The notes beneath the pieces were generated by a model. The model made no database searches, was not told the DNA's origin, and worked only from the letters and a program-made list of their open reading frames with translations. 49,268 nucleotides of DNA from a virus. Taxonomy: Duplodnaviria; Caudoviricetes. Shown here piece by piece: positions 17,431-26,401 of the stretch (positions are counted from its first letter, which is position 1; every line of letters begins with the position of its first letter). The stretch covers positions 1 through 49,268 of IMG/VR virus record IMGVR_UViG_3300032307_000123. One strand, given 5' to 3'. Made by a program: the position numbers and the translations under genes.

Positions 17431-17738
17431 ACATTGACCAAGTTAAAGAATTTGTCACAAACCAACTGAAAAGTTACAAAGTGACAAGCATCTTAAAAGA
17501 GTGGGACGATTCAGAGTTTGTTAAGATGTATGAGCAACTCACACGTGTGAAACCCTATGAAACCGAAAGGCGATTGATCGATTGGGCAAGGCATGAGTTA
17601 GACTTTTTCCGATATGTGTTGTATAAAGAACGACACTATGAAGATTTGCTACTCGATCACGCGTGTATTGACTGTTTGAGATGTGAAGATACAACCTTGA
17701 ATGAGAGGAAGTATTATGTTAGAAGACCACGAAGTTAA
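17427..17738 (+). CDS. Hypothetical early protein
   Basis: ATGA-coupled start MNIDQVK; C-terminal Cys cluster. Confidence 0.55.
   Translation: MNIDQVKEFVTNQLKSYKVTSILKEWDDSEFVKMYEQLTRVKPYETERRLIDWARHELDFFRYVLYKERHYEDLLLDHACIDCLRCEDTTLNERKYYVRRPRS
17454..17485. repeat. 32-bp dyad, copy 3 (inside CDS)
   Basis: GTCAC AAAC CAAC TGAAAA GTTA CAAA GTGAC. Confidence 0.65.
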
Positions 17739-17964
17739 AAGAGTTAAAGGCTTTCTACTTGAATGGCTTATCAATCATGGTTGTGATGTGGTTTGGGATA
17801 TACCTGTTAAACACTTTAGTGGGGAACAATGGGATTTACTTGGTAGATGTATTCGCTTTGGATACATAGATAGTTTGCAAGACCCGTTTAATAGACACTT
17901 CAGTAATAAACTAACAGACGCAGGATTAGAATTTTTAAACAAAGGAGAAATAAATGAGCAATAA
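17701..17964 (+). CDS. Hypothetical protein (possible winged-helix-like)
   Basis: C-terminal KLTDAGLEFL; coupled to neighbours. Confidence 0.5.
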   Translation: MRGSIMLEDHEVKRVKGFLLEWLINHGCDVVWDIPVKHFSGEQWDLLGRCIRFGYIDSLQDPFNRHFSNKLTDAGLEFLNKGEINEQ

Positions 17965-18199
17965 GATAACAATAGTATTGAGCATAAACTCAGATAGTGT
18001 GTCAAGGTTTTTATTTGATGACTATATTAACGCTTGTAATGACGCAGGTTTGATGGTAAGGTATGAGCCGTATACTAAAGATATGTATGCAGAACTCAAT
18101 GCCAAAGCCCTTGACATTGAAAAACAAGATGCACTTGCATCACTTGAAGAAGAAATCTTAGGCAATATCGCCTGTGTTGGTGGTAATTGCGAAGATTAA
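17954..18199 (+). CDS. Hypothetical protein
   Basis: AAAGGAG RBS; ends CVGGNCED. Confidence 0.6.
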   Translation: MSNKITIVLSINSDSVSRFLFDDYINACNDAGLMVRYEPYTKDMYAELNAKALDIEKQDALASLEEEILGNIACVGGNCED

Positions 18200-18312
18200 T
18201 CATAAAGGAGAAATACTATGAAACAACTCAATAAAACCTTTTCATTAAAGGCACACTAGTCTACTTCTAGACTAAATTTAAACTCGTAAAAACAAAATAA
18301 TAGGAGGTCAAC

Positions 18313-18702
18313 ATGATTGATCAAGCCCTACTTTGTCTCGCCACGACCATATACATGGAAGCAGCTACCGAACCCATACAAGGGCAAGTGGCTGTCGGCT
18401 ACGTGTTAATGAGGCGAGCCGAATTTAATCATAAGAATGTGTGTAGCGAAATGAAACGACCATATCAATTCAGTTGGTATGGGTTAGTGCAACCACCATC
18501 GGTGATACGACAACACTATTTTGATGTAGCGTATAAAGTATTACACCGATTGGAAGTTGATTATAGTTATGGTGCAACGAACTTTCATGACACCACCATA
18601 AAGAAACCGAAGTCATGGTATAGATTAGAGCCTGTGGTTAAATGGTCTAATCTTATTTTTTATAAACAAAAAGGAGAGAGTAAGTATGCAAGTCTTAATT
18701 GA
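18313..18702 (+). CDS. Cell wall hydrolase (SleB/Hydrolase_2-like lytic transglycosylase)
   Basis: CLATTIYMEA...GQVAVGYV..R...YQFSW...GATNFH...LIFY pattern; AGGAGG RBS. Confidence 0.8.
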   Translation: MIDQALLCLATTIYMEAATEPIQGQVAVGYVLMRRAEFNHKNVCSEMKRPYQFSWYGLVQPPSVIRQHYFDVAYKVLHRLEVDYSYGATNFHDTTIKKPKSWYRLEPVVKWSNLIFYKQKGESKYASLN

Positions 18703-18928
18703 ATTAACAGATGACCAAGTAGATGAAGTATTGGTAGAGGGGCTAAAAGATGGGTTTAAAACTAACCTAGAATTTCCCGAAGAACCTAACTACTATGAAA
18801 TAAACCAAGCGTTTAGAACTTTGCTTGCCTATTACATGGGCGAGAAAGAGTTTAATAAATACATCAAACCTTTTAATAAGATTAAACAAAATGCGAAACG
18901 TCTTGCTGATGCTCATAATGGTTTGTAG
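18686..18928 (+). CDS. Hypothetical protein
   Basis: AAGGAGAGAG RBS; 80 aa. Confidence 0.6.
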   Translation: MQVLIELTDDQVDEVLVEGLKDGFKTNLEFPEEPNYYEINQAFRTLLAYYMGEKEFNKYIKPFNKIKQNAKRLADAHNGL

Positions 18929-19094
18929 TGGTTGTGCTGAGATAGCTACGCAAGTGGTGGTTCAAGGTGCCGTGCAATACACAGGCGAGAAGTATCTCAT
19001 CTCACAGAAAAAACCTATCACAAGGTGCAATTTGTATAACGTGATACAAGGGAATAAAATGTGTAGGATTTATAAACAATATAGGAGAGGGTAA
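18891..19094 (+). CDS. Putative lipoprotein
   Basis: MRNVLLMLIMVCSGCA signal peptide with lipobox-like SGC. Confidence 0.5.
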   Translation: MRNVLLMLIMVCSGCAEIATQVVVQGAVQYTGEKYLISQKKPITRCNLYNVIQGNKMCRIYKQYRRG

Positions 19095-19303
19095 TGAAAA
19101 ATCTAATAAGTGATAAATGGGTATTAGTAATTACAATGTTTTTGTTAGGGTATTTCACTTGCTTAGCAGTAGGAATGTATACGGCAACACAAAAGAAATA
19201 CAAAATGAATTTAAAGTGTGTGCAGGGGGAATTGTATGAAGAAATCAGAACTAATATGTATATTAAATCGCACTTGGAATGCTTTGAACAAAGAACATTC
19301 TAG
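19094..19303 (+). CDS. Membrane-anchored hypothetical protein
   Basis: AGGAG RBS; N-terminal TM helix. Confidence 0.55.
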   Translation: MKNLISDKWVLVITMFLLGYFTCLAVGMYTATQKKYKMNLKCVQGELYEEIRTNMYIKSHLECFEQRTF

Positions 19304-19369
19304 GACAGACGCAGTTGTTGCGGCTATCATCGTGGCAAGCGTTATGTATTTTATTGGAGGGGTAATTAA

Positions 19370-19561
19370 ATGTCTTTACCTTTTACTTACGCTATTGTAG
19401 ATGATGACGGCGAAATCTTACGCAAACATAGATGGAGTCCAAAAGAGGCGAAGTGGCATAAAGAACAAGGCAACAATGTCATCAAGCTAGAAGTAGTTAA
19501 ACAAGAGGAGAATAATAGTTATGCTGAACTTAGTAAATTATGTGGAGAAGCTTTATACTAA
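19370..19561 (+). CDS. Hypothetical protein
   Basis: GGAGG RBS; 63 aa. Confidence 0.55.
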   Translation: MSLPFTYAIVDDDGEILRKHRWSPKEAKWHKEQGNNVIKLEVVKQEENNSYAELSKLCGEALY

Positions 19562-19817
19562 AGTTGAAACACCTAATTTATCCAAAGACGAATTAGAACT
19601 TGCAAGTAAAATAAATGAATACTTTGTTGAAAGCAAGCCTATGTTTCGTCAAGATGTATTAGATTACTTTGGTATATCAAAACATATGTTTTACAAATTA
19701 AAAAAGGAAAATGCAATACGCGTGCCTTATGAAATGTCAAACAGAACTTATTCAAGTAGAAACAAAGGAAAGGGGAAACATGGACAAAGAACAGAAACAA
19801 GCCATACGCAAATTTGA
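19521..19817 (+). CDS. Hypothetical protein, possible HTH
   Basis: RQDVLDYFGISKHMFYKLK resembles an HTH; start uncertain. Confidence 0.45.
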   Translation: MLNLVNYVEKLYTKVETPNLSKDELELASKINEYFVESKPMFRQDVLDYFGISKHMFYKLKKENAIRVPYEMSNRTYSSRNKGKGKHGQRTETSHTQI

Positions 19818-20037
19818 GACGTGGCAACATAGAATATTTGCGCGTAACGCAAAAAAGGGTTATGTATTCTTTAGGCCTGATAGGTTTGAACAACCTACGC
19901 CACGAAGTTCACGAGATGCGTGGGGTGGGACATATAACAACGAAGATAATGACCGTAGAGAAGAAAGATATATTGATTGGTTGATTTACGCAATAATTAT
20001 TTTTTACGTTGCATTATTAATTTGGAAGGACTTTTAA
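19780..20037 (+). CDS. Hypothetical protein with C-terminal TM helix
   Basis: Start MDKEQK after AAGGGG; TPRSSRDAWG motif. Confidence 0.5.
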   Translation: MDKEQKQAIRKFETWQHRIFARNAKKGYVFFRPDRFEQPTPRSSRDAWGGTYNNEDNDRREERYIDWLIYAIIIFYVALLIWKDF

Positions 20038-20237
20038 TGAACTATCAATGCGTTGAATGTGGTGATGATGTAGAAGAAGCTAGGTATAACTTAGGCTACA
20101 AGTTATGTTTGTTTTGTGGTGAGCAACACGCACGTCAATATAAACACACGATCGTGCCTATGCCGAAGTCAAACTATATCGTTGTGACTGATTTAGAACT
20201 ATTAAAAGGACTGAATTCATCACACAAGAGTAAGTAA
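20037..20237 (+). CDS. C4 zinc-finger protein
   Basis: CVECG...R...CLFCG; TAATG coupling. Confidence 0.65.
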   Translation: MNYQCVECGDDVEEARYNLGYKLCLFCGEQHARQYKHTIVPMPKSNYIVVTDLELLKGLNSSHKSK

Positions 20238-20255
20238 AAAATTTTGCTATTTCAG

Positions 20256-20284
20256 TTGACAAAGTCTACTTTTTGTAGTATAAT
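20256..20284 (+). promoter_or_regulatory. Consensus sigma70 promoter
   Basis: TTGACA-17 bp-TATAAT. Confidence 0.9.
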
Positions 20285-20322
20285 GTTATTTGATTTGGTA
20301 GAAGTAGTATGTTTATTAACCC

Positions 20323-20354
20323 GTCACAAAGTCATAAACAAATGATAATGTGAC
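20323..20354. repeat. 32-bp dyad, copy 4
   Basis: GTCAC AAAG TCAT AAACAA ATGA TAAT GTGAC; upstream of an RBS. Confidence 0.75.
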
Positions 20355-20375
20355 ATAACTTTAAGGAGAACTATC

Positions 20376-21197
20376 GTGGGCTTTCATATCAATGAGTATT
20401 CAATGCCTCGCCTCGGCACTTATGAAGAAGCTAAGAAGTATTTTAATAACAATGCGCCTGTGCGTGGTGAGAATCAATCAATACGCAGACTAGGTGATAG
20501 GTATGCAAGAGAGAAATGGTTAAGACAAGAAATACAAGACGGCATTGAAGTATATGTCGCAGGGTATTACAAAACAGACTTGGTTAGATTCTATCCAACA
20601 CACAAATTGATAACGCTAGGTGGTTATCCGTCATATAGCACTAAACGATTTGTTGAACGTATTAGTGGTGAATGGCTTGTTGAGTTCGAGCATAAAAAGT
20701 ATGTGCCTGCACCATTCACAAGACAACCTAACGTAGTTAACAGTGATATAGAATGTATGTTAAGTGTAAATGGTTATCATTGTATGGACGCATATACTTG
20801 GTATCGTATTGATTATGATCACAATACTGATGCTGAACAGTATATAAAACCTAAGAAGTATAAAATAGATAACTCACTCATGCGTGAGTTAAGAAAGCCA
20901 TATCGCAATCTAATTAAATATATAGATACCATAATTAAATTAGGTAATGCAGGGGTTGAGAGTGATCAAGAATTAACAAAGCAAATACCTGAAGGACATG
21001 GTCGCATATTAGAAATGATGAAGCATGAAAGTAATATGTATTTAGCACAATATTACTTACTAAGAAATACACAACATCAACTGTATTGGAACGCAGGGAC
21101 AGGCGATAAGTATCATGTAACAATAGGTATGGTTAAAAGATTTTTAGATAAGATAATTAAGTTAGAGAATCCACAAGTATTAGTAGAAGCAGTATAA
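20376..21197 (+). CDS. Hypothetical early protein
   Basis: 273 aa; AAGGAG RBS with GTG start. Confidence 0.7.
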   Translation: MGFHINEYSMPRLGTYEEAKKYFNNNAPVRGENQSIRRLGDRYAREKWLRQEIQDGIEVYVAGYYKTDLVRFYPTHKLITLGGYPSYSTKRFVERISGEWLVEFEHKKYVPAPFTRQPNVVNSDIECMLSVNGYHCMDAYTWYRIDYDHNTDAEQYIKPKKYKIDNSLMRELRKPYRNLIKYIDTIIKLGNAGVESDQELTKQIPEGHGRILEMMKHESNMYLAQYYLLRNTQHQLYWNAGTGDKYHVTIGMVKRFLDKIIKLENPQVLVEAV

Positions 21198-21200
21198 CCC

Positions 21201-21232
21201 GTCACTAATCCACAATCCTGTGAGAAAGTGAC
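21201..21232. repeat. 32-bp dyad, copy 5
   Basis: GTCAC TAAT CCAC AATCCT GTGA GAAA GTGAC; intergenic, upstream of an RBS. Confidence 0.75.
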
Positions 21233-21253
21233 ACAACATAAGGAGAGAGTATC

Positions 21254-22300
21254 ATGCAACAAGATATTAGTTTGAAACAAGCAGAAGAATTGATTGCAAC
21301 AGTAGGTAAAGAAGTGACTGTGCATCTACGAGGTCAACCTGGCATTGGTAAATCGTCCATACTTAAATCCTTGAGTAAAAGATTTCCTGATCATACCCCT
21401 GTGTATATTGATTGTGCAGACTTAGACTTAGGTGACTTAGCTATGCCTGCCATGAATCATGAAACGCGAACGACTACATTCTATCCGAATGAACGCTTCG
21501 CTATACACAATGACAAGCCTGTCATCATCATGCTAGACGAGATCACTAAAGCGTCTGAGCCTGTTAAGAATATGCTACTGCCTGTTATGCTAGAACGTAG
21601 GCTAGGTAGTGTAGAGTTCCATAAAGATTCTATCGTGTATTCAACAGGCAATCTAACAACCGATGGTGTTGGTGACAACATGAAGGCTCATGCTAAGAAT
21701 CGTTTGACTGCCGTTACAGTTCGTAATCCTAACGATGACGAGTGGATTAATTGGGCTATTGATAATGACATAGCACCTGAGATTATAGCATGGGTTAAAC
21801 AATTCCCTCATGCACTAGCGTGTTATACAGACGAAGCACAGAAAGAAAATATGTATATCTACAATCCTCGCAAACAACAGGAAGCATTTGTATCTCCTCG
21901 TTCATTAGCAAAGGCATCACCTATCGTTAAGTCTAGACAAGTTTTAGGTGAAGAAACTACATTGACTGCACTCGCAGGCACAATCGGTGAGTCAGCGGCT
22001 CGTGATATGTCAGCATACTTCAGTCTAGCTGATGGCCTACCTACTAAGGAAGCTATCTACAACAGACCAATGGAAGCGACTATCCCTAACGACCCTGCGG
22101 CTCGTGTGATTCTCATTATGCGTGAGTTAGTTAGTGTGACTACTGAAAACTTCGATGCGTGGATTACATACTTGCAACGACTACCTATGGAATTGCAAGC
22201 GTTGTTTGCCGTTAACATCATGGCATCATCACGTAAGTCAGTAGCCGCGACTAACAAGACTTTCATTGATTGGGCAGTTAAGAATAACCAATACTTCTAG
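21254..22300 (+). CDS. MoxR-like AAA+ ATPase
   Basis: Walker A GQPGIGKS, Walker B IMLDE, sensor STGN, SPRS. Confidence 0.85.
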   Translation: MQQDISLKQAEELIATVGKEVTVHLRGQPGIGKSSILKSLSKRFPDHTPVYIDCADLDLGDLAMPAMNHETRTTTFYPNERFAIHNDKPVIIMLDEITKASEPVKNMLLPVMLERRLGSVEFHKDSIVYSTGNLTTDGVGDNMKAHAKNRLTAVTVRNPNDDEWINWAIDNDIAPEIIAWVKQFPHALACYTDEAQKENMYIYNPRKQQEAFVSPRSLAKASPIVKSRQVLGEETTLTALAGTIGESAARDMSAYFSLADGLPTKEAIYNRPMEATIPNDPAARVILIMRELVSVTTENFDAWITYLQRLPMELQALFAVNIMASSRKSVAATNKTFIDWAVKNNQYF

Positions 22301-22308
22301 GAGATAAC

Positions 22309-22614
22309 ATGACTGAACAAGAAGCCTTAGAAAAGACAGAAGCCTTTGATAAGAAACACGAGTTTGCTAAGTTTCAAGTCAAGCTAGAATTAACGGCTGA
22401 GCAAATCAAAGAAGCTGTTATGGACGAAGACCATACTTATGCTTGTGATAATCTAGATTACATATGGGACTTGATTGTTGAGAAGCATAAAAATGCTAAC
22501 TTTACTGATGAGGATTATTTAGAAATGTATATGGAAAATGTATACAGAGAAGAAGAAAATAAAACTCTCGTAGATCAAATGTATAAGGAGATAACAAATG
22601 GCTCTAACGAGTGA
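22309..22614 (+). CDS. Acidic hypothetical protein
   Basis: AGGAG RBS; between AAA and VWA genes. Confidence 0.6.
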   Translation: MTEQEALEKTEAFDKKHEFAKFQVKLELTAEQIKEAVMDEDHTYACDNLDYIWDLIVEKHKNANFTDEDYLEMYMENVYREEENKTLVDQMYKEITNGSNE

Positions 22615-23752
22615 ACAACGTGTAACCAAAGCACACATAGCAATCATGCGTAGCAAACAGTTTTGTATGTTTGCAGGTGTGTTATCGGTAGGAAAGGTTG
22701 TGTTTACAGAAGATATACCTACGGCTTGCACCAATGGTCGTGATGTAATATACAACCCTAAATTTATCGATACATTGAATGACAGAGAACTAAACTTTGT
22801 AGTCTTACACGAAGCGTTGCATAAAGTATTTCAGCATATGTTTCTATGGAAGAAGCTATGGAAAGAAAGTCCACAACTAGCCAACGTTGCGGCTGATTAT
22901 GTTGTGAACAATACTATCTATGAAGCTGACCAACAAGGTGAGGTAGCACTAATACCTAAGGAAGCATTGTTTGATAAACAATATGCCAACATGACAACAC
23001 GTCAAGTGTATGACTTACTTAAACAAAACGGAGGTAATGGTGGTGGTGGAAGTGGCCATGATAGTCATGATTGGGAAGGTGCAGAGTCCCTATCTGATGA
23101 TGAAGTTAAAGAGACTGCTAAACAAATTGACCAAGCATTACGTCAAGGTGAAATCATACGTGGCAAGATGCAAGGCAATAAAAACCGAACGATAGATGGA
23201 TTACTTCAACCTAAGGTAGATTGGCGCGAACAACTACGTGAGTTTGTCAATGCAACATGTCGTAACAAAGACAAGACATCATGGAAGCGTCCTCACAAAC
23301 GATTCTTAGGACAAGACATCTATATGCCTAGCATGATAGGTGAGACAGTCGGTAAGGTTGTAGTAGGTATAGATACATCAGGCTCGATTGGTGATAGGGA
23401 ACTAAATGAATTCTTATCTGAGGTTGTAGCTATATGTGATGAGGTATCACCATCGAGTATTGAATTGATTTATTGGGATTATGATGTTGCAGGACATGAG
23501 ACTTACAACATGGGTGATTACAATGCGTTAGTTCAAACAACTAAACCGAAAGGTGGAGGTGGCACTAGGGTTGGGTCTCTCAATGAATACATCAAAAAGA
23601 AACGTATCGAACCCGAAGCTATCATTATATTAACAGACGGCTATGTAGAAGATGATTGGGGTGGTGCATGGGACTATCCAACACTATGGGCAATCACATC
23701 ACGCAACATTACATCTATACATGGTAAGTCCATATACATGGGCGAACAATAA
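22598..23752 (+). CDS. Metallopeptidase-VWA protein (DUF2201-like)
   Basis: HEALH; MIDAS DTSGS; GGGT; LTDGY. Confidence 0.85.
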   Translation: MALTSEQRVTKAHIAIMRSKQFCMFAGVLSVGKVVFTEDIPTACTNGRDVIYNPKFIDTLNDRELNFVVLHEALHKVFQHMFLWKKLWKESPQLANVAADYVVNNTIYEADQQGEVALIPKEALFDKQYANMTTRQVYDLLKQNGGNGGGGSGHDSHDWEGAESLSDDEVKETAKQIDQALRQGEIIRGKMQGNKNRTIDGLLQPKVDWREQLREFVNATCRNKDKTSWKRPHKRFLGQDIYMPSMIGETVGKVVVGIDTSGSIGDRELNEFLSEVVAICDEVSPSSIELIYWDYDVAGHETYNMGDYNALVQTTKPKGGGGTRVGSLNEYIKKKRIEPEAIIILTDGYVEDDWGGAWDYPTLWAITSRNITSIHGKSIYMGEQ

Positions 23753-23755
23753 TCT

Positions 23756-23787
23756 GTCACAAACCCACAATCCTGTGAGGAAGTGAC
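23756..23787. repeat. 32-bp dyad, copy 6
   Basis: GTCAC AAAC CCAC AATCCT GTGA GGAA GTGAC; intergenic, upstream of an RBS. Confidence 0.75.
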
Positions 23788-23807
23788 ACTAACTAAGGAG
23801 AGAGAAA

Positions 23808-24332
23808 ATGAGTATCAATGTTCCACAAAGTTTACTAAGAGTATCAAATGGTGTGAAGTTAGAAATAGATATGACTAAGTTCACCGATAAGCAATTAAAG
23901 AATATAGGTAAGTATGTAAAGACTTTAAACCTACCTAACACAAACTCAGCTACGGCTAAGATTGCTAAAGGGTTAGTCGATTACTTAAAGATACCTCACT
24001 TTGTTACCAACCATCGTTATATTGAATGGCATCACATACCTCATAGCCACCCTATCTTTGAAAGAATGATTGGTGCTATATCGGTTGCGCTGATTGGGCC
24101 TGAACAACATTGGTGGACTGTTGATAGAATGAAAGAAACTAAAAGGGCTATTGAAAACAAACACACCACAGGCAATTTAAATATGTGGGGTGATGCAATA
24201 GATGAAAGTGTGCAGAAAGAATTAGTAAGCATGGCTACTTACAAGCATGAGATGTCACCACAAACACAAGAACTGTTAGAGAATTTACTAACACGTAAAG
24301 TAAATACATTTGAAATGTATTACAAAGGTTAA
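23808..24332 (+). CDS. Hypothetical protein
   Basis: AAGGAGAGAG RBS; 174 aa. Confidence 0.65.
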   Translation: MSINVPQSLLRVSNGVKLEIDMTKFTDKQLKNIGKYVKTLNLPNTNSATAKIAKGLVDYLKIPHFVTNHRYIEWHHIPHSHPIFERMIGAISVALIGPEQHWWTVDRMKETKRAIENKHTTGNLNMWGDAIDESVQKELVSMATYKHEMSPQTQELLENLLTRKVNTFEMYYKG

Positions 24333-24351
24333 TTAACTAAGGAGAGAGAAA

Positions 24352-24513
24352 ATGAAAAGGTATAGGATAAGTATGCAGTCAAGTGAACTCTACGAAGTTG
24401 AAGCAGAGAACGTAGATGAAGCATATGAAACAATAGCATTAGGATTAGTAGAACCAATAGATAAAGAATATTGGGGTGATGATAACATATGGGAGGTTAA
24501 AAATGAGCATTAG
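24352..24513 (+). CDS. Small acidic hypothetical protein (53 aa, not in ORF track)
   Basis: MKRYRISMQSSELYEVEAENVDEAYE...; AAGGAGAGAG RBS. Confidence 0.6.
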   Translation: MKRYRISMQSSELYEVEAENVDEAYETIALGLVEPIDKEYWGDDNIWEVKNEH

Positions 24514-25345
24514 TATCGCATCAAGCGCAGTCTTAATTGATTTAAACATATCAGTATGGACTGCTAGAAAACTAGACAAGAACGTGTCAAAAGAAATCGA
24601 TGTAAGAAAGAATACAACGATTAAAGCAGGCAACTATAACAAACATATACTTGCAGGCTCAGATCAATTAGAAGCTATCACTAAGTTAGCTAGTGAGATC
24701 AGAGAGTGGCATGGTAGACAAACGTTGCCTTGGTCAGACACAGGCACAAGGTTATTACCTATGTCAAACTTCTTTGATTATAAACAACAACTTAGCACAT
24801 ATGAAGCAGACTTTAAAGAACGTGTGGATAGATTTATTACAGAGTATCCAAACATCATTACGGTCATGGCTTTTAAATTAGGAGAACTTTTCGACCGAGG
24901 GGAATATCCCGAAGCTTCTTCGATTGCATCTAAATTTAACTTACGTTATACTATTATGCCTGTGCCTGAAGTTAATGACTTCCGTATCGACATTGGTGAA
25001 CAAATGAAAGTTGAGATGCAACAAGAGTATCAAAAAGCTTATCAAGACAGAGTGGAAGCAGCGATGACTGATGCATGGTCAAGACTACATACAACACTTG
25101 AACATATGATTGATAGGTTAAGTGGTGATGATAAGAAGATATTTAGAAATAGTTTAGTAGATAATGCATTAGAGTTGACAAATCTATTGACTAAGCTTAA
25201 TGTTACTAACGACCCTAAATTAGAACAAGCTAGACGTGACTTAGAGAAATCACTTGTTGGTGTATCGGCAGATGACTTACGTCAAAGCAAGGGTGCTAGA
25301 GATGAAGTATTAGCTAGAGTGAATCAAATCATGCAAACAATTTAA
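24503..25345 (+). CDS. Conserved helical phage protein (DUF3150-like)
   Basis: Start MSISIASSAVLIDLNISVWTARKLDK after GGAGG; TLPWSD.G.RLLP motif. Confidence 0.6.
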   Translation: MSISIASSAVLIDLNISVWTARKLDKNVSKEIDVRKNTTIKAGNYNKHILAGSDQLEAITKLASEIREWHGRQTLPWSDTGTRLLPMSNFFDYKQQLSTYEADFKERVDRFITEYPNIITVMAFKLGELFDRGEYPEASSIASKFNLRYTIMPVPEVNDFRIDIGEQMKVEMQQEYQKAYQDRVEAAMTDAWSRLHTTLEHMIDRLSGDDKKIFRNSLVDNALELTNLLTKLNVTNDPKLEQARRDLEKSLVGVSADDLRQSKGARDEVLARVNQIMQTI

Positions 25346-25354
25346 AGGATAAAT

Positions 25355-25663
25355 ATGAAAGTATTTCATGCACTCGATGCAGAAGCGTCAAACATATCTG
25401 ACAAAGACAAGGAAAAGATTGCAGTCCTTAAACTTGTCGATGCAGGTAAGTATGTAGAAAATGTAGGAATTAGAGATGGACAATTCTATATCATCGCCGA
25501 GAATGATACAGATGAAGTTTATCTTGAATATAAAAGTGCGTTGAATAACATACAGGCTCTCATGAGCACGAAGATGGACTTTAGACTTCTTACACAAAAG
25601 AATATGGAATTTCATAATAAGAAGAATGAAGCTATGCAAAGACTTATGGAAATGCCTAGATGA
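25355..25663 (+). CDS. Hypothetical protein
   Basis: AAGGA RBS; KIAVLKLVD...VGIR. Confidence 0.6.
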   Translation: MKVFHALDAEASNISDKDKEKIAVLKLVDAGKYVENVGIRDGQFYIIAENDTDEVYLEYKSALNNIQALMSTKMDFRLLTQKNMEFHNKKNEAMQRLMEMPR

Positions 25664-25956
25664 AAGAAAAGAAAGTATTAGAGAAATGGGTCAAGCAACA
25701 AGTTGTTAAGATGTTAAAGGAAAGAAATGTATATTATTTCTTTCCCGTTGCTGGCGCATATACAAGTATAGGTGTGCCTGATATTGTTGCGTGTATAAGA
25801 GGTAAGTTTGTAGGTATAGAATGTAAGGCAGGGAACAATCGCCCTACCGAACTACAACTACGTAACCTTGAAGCTATACGTGATAATAGTGGGCATGCTT
25901 GGGTAGTTAATGAAAATGATTTAGAAACACTAGAAAGGAATTTAGATTTAATATGA
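25660..25956 (+). CDS. VRR-NUC domain nuclease (resolvase-like)
   Basis: GVPDI...FVGIECKA...PTELQ. Confidence 0.85.
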   Translation: MKEKKVLEKWVKQQVVKMLKERNVYYFFPVAGAYTSIGVPDIVACIRGKFVGIECKAGNNRPTELQLRNLEAIRDNSGHAWVVNENDLETLERNLDLI

Positions 25957-26252
25957 CAAGATTAAGAACAATACTAAACAAGTATAAAAAAACAACAATT
26001 AAAAAATTATCAGACATGGTCAATCAACCACCTCACTATACTCATGGAGGTATTGAAACGATAGACTATATGGAAGCTAAGTCAACACCCGAAGAGTTTG
26101 CAGGACACTTACGCTTGACTGCTATTAAGTATTTGTCAAGAACAGGATATAAAGATAATGCTTTACAAGACTTAAAGAAAGCACAATGGTATGTTAACAA
26201 GTTAGTAAAATATTCTGAAAAGCAAACTATTTTGGGTCGTTGGTTTAAATAA
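25953..26252 (+). CDS. DUF3310 (SaV-like) protein
   Basis: DMVNQPPHYTHGGIETID...KYLSR...DLKKAQWY. Confidence 0.85.
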   Translation: MTRLRTILNKYKKTTIKKLSDMVNQPPHYTHGGIETIDYMEAKSTPEEFAGHLRLTAIKYLSRTGYKDNALQDLKKAQWYVNKLVKYSEKQTILGRWFK

Positions 26253-26401
26253 TGTGGGTTTTTCAGCTTGCGTTAATATCAGGAGTTATGGTAGGCTTAG
26301 AACTTAGATACTTAGAAGATGATGCACCTTATCATTTTTCTTTAGTGATTGACTTATTCATAATTAGATTGGTATTACAAAAGCTTAAACATGTCAGATG
26401 A
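26252..26401 (+). CDS. Small hydrophobic protein (49 aa, not in ORF track)
   Basis: MWVFQLALISGVMVGLE...VIDLFIIRLV; TAATG coupling. Confidence 0.5.
   Translation: MWVFQLALISGVMVGLELRYLEDDAPYHFSLVIDLFIIRLVLQKLKHVR

Noticed and set aside
21201-23787. Near-identical dyad copies 5 and 6 as att sites or IS ends
   Set aside because: No integrase or transposase in the window, and four further diverged copies with the same geometry point to a binding or structural motif
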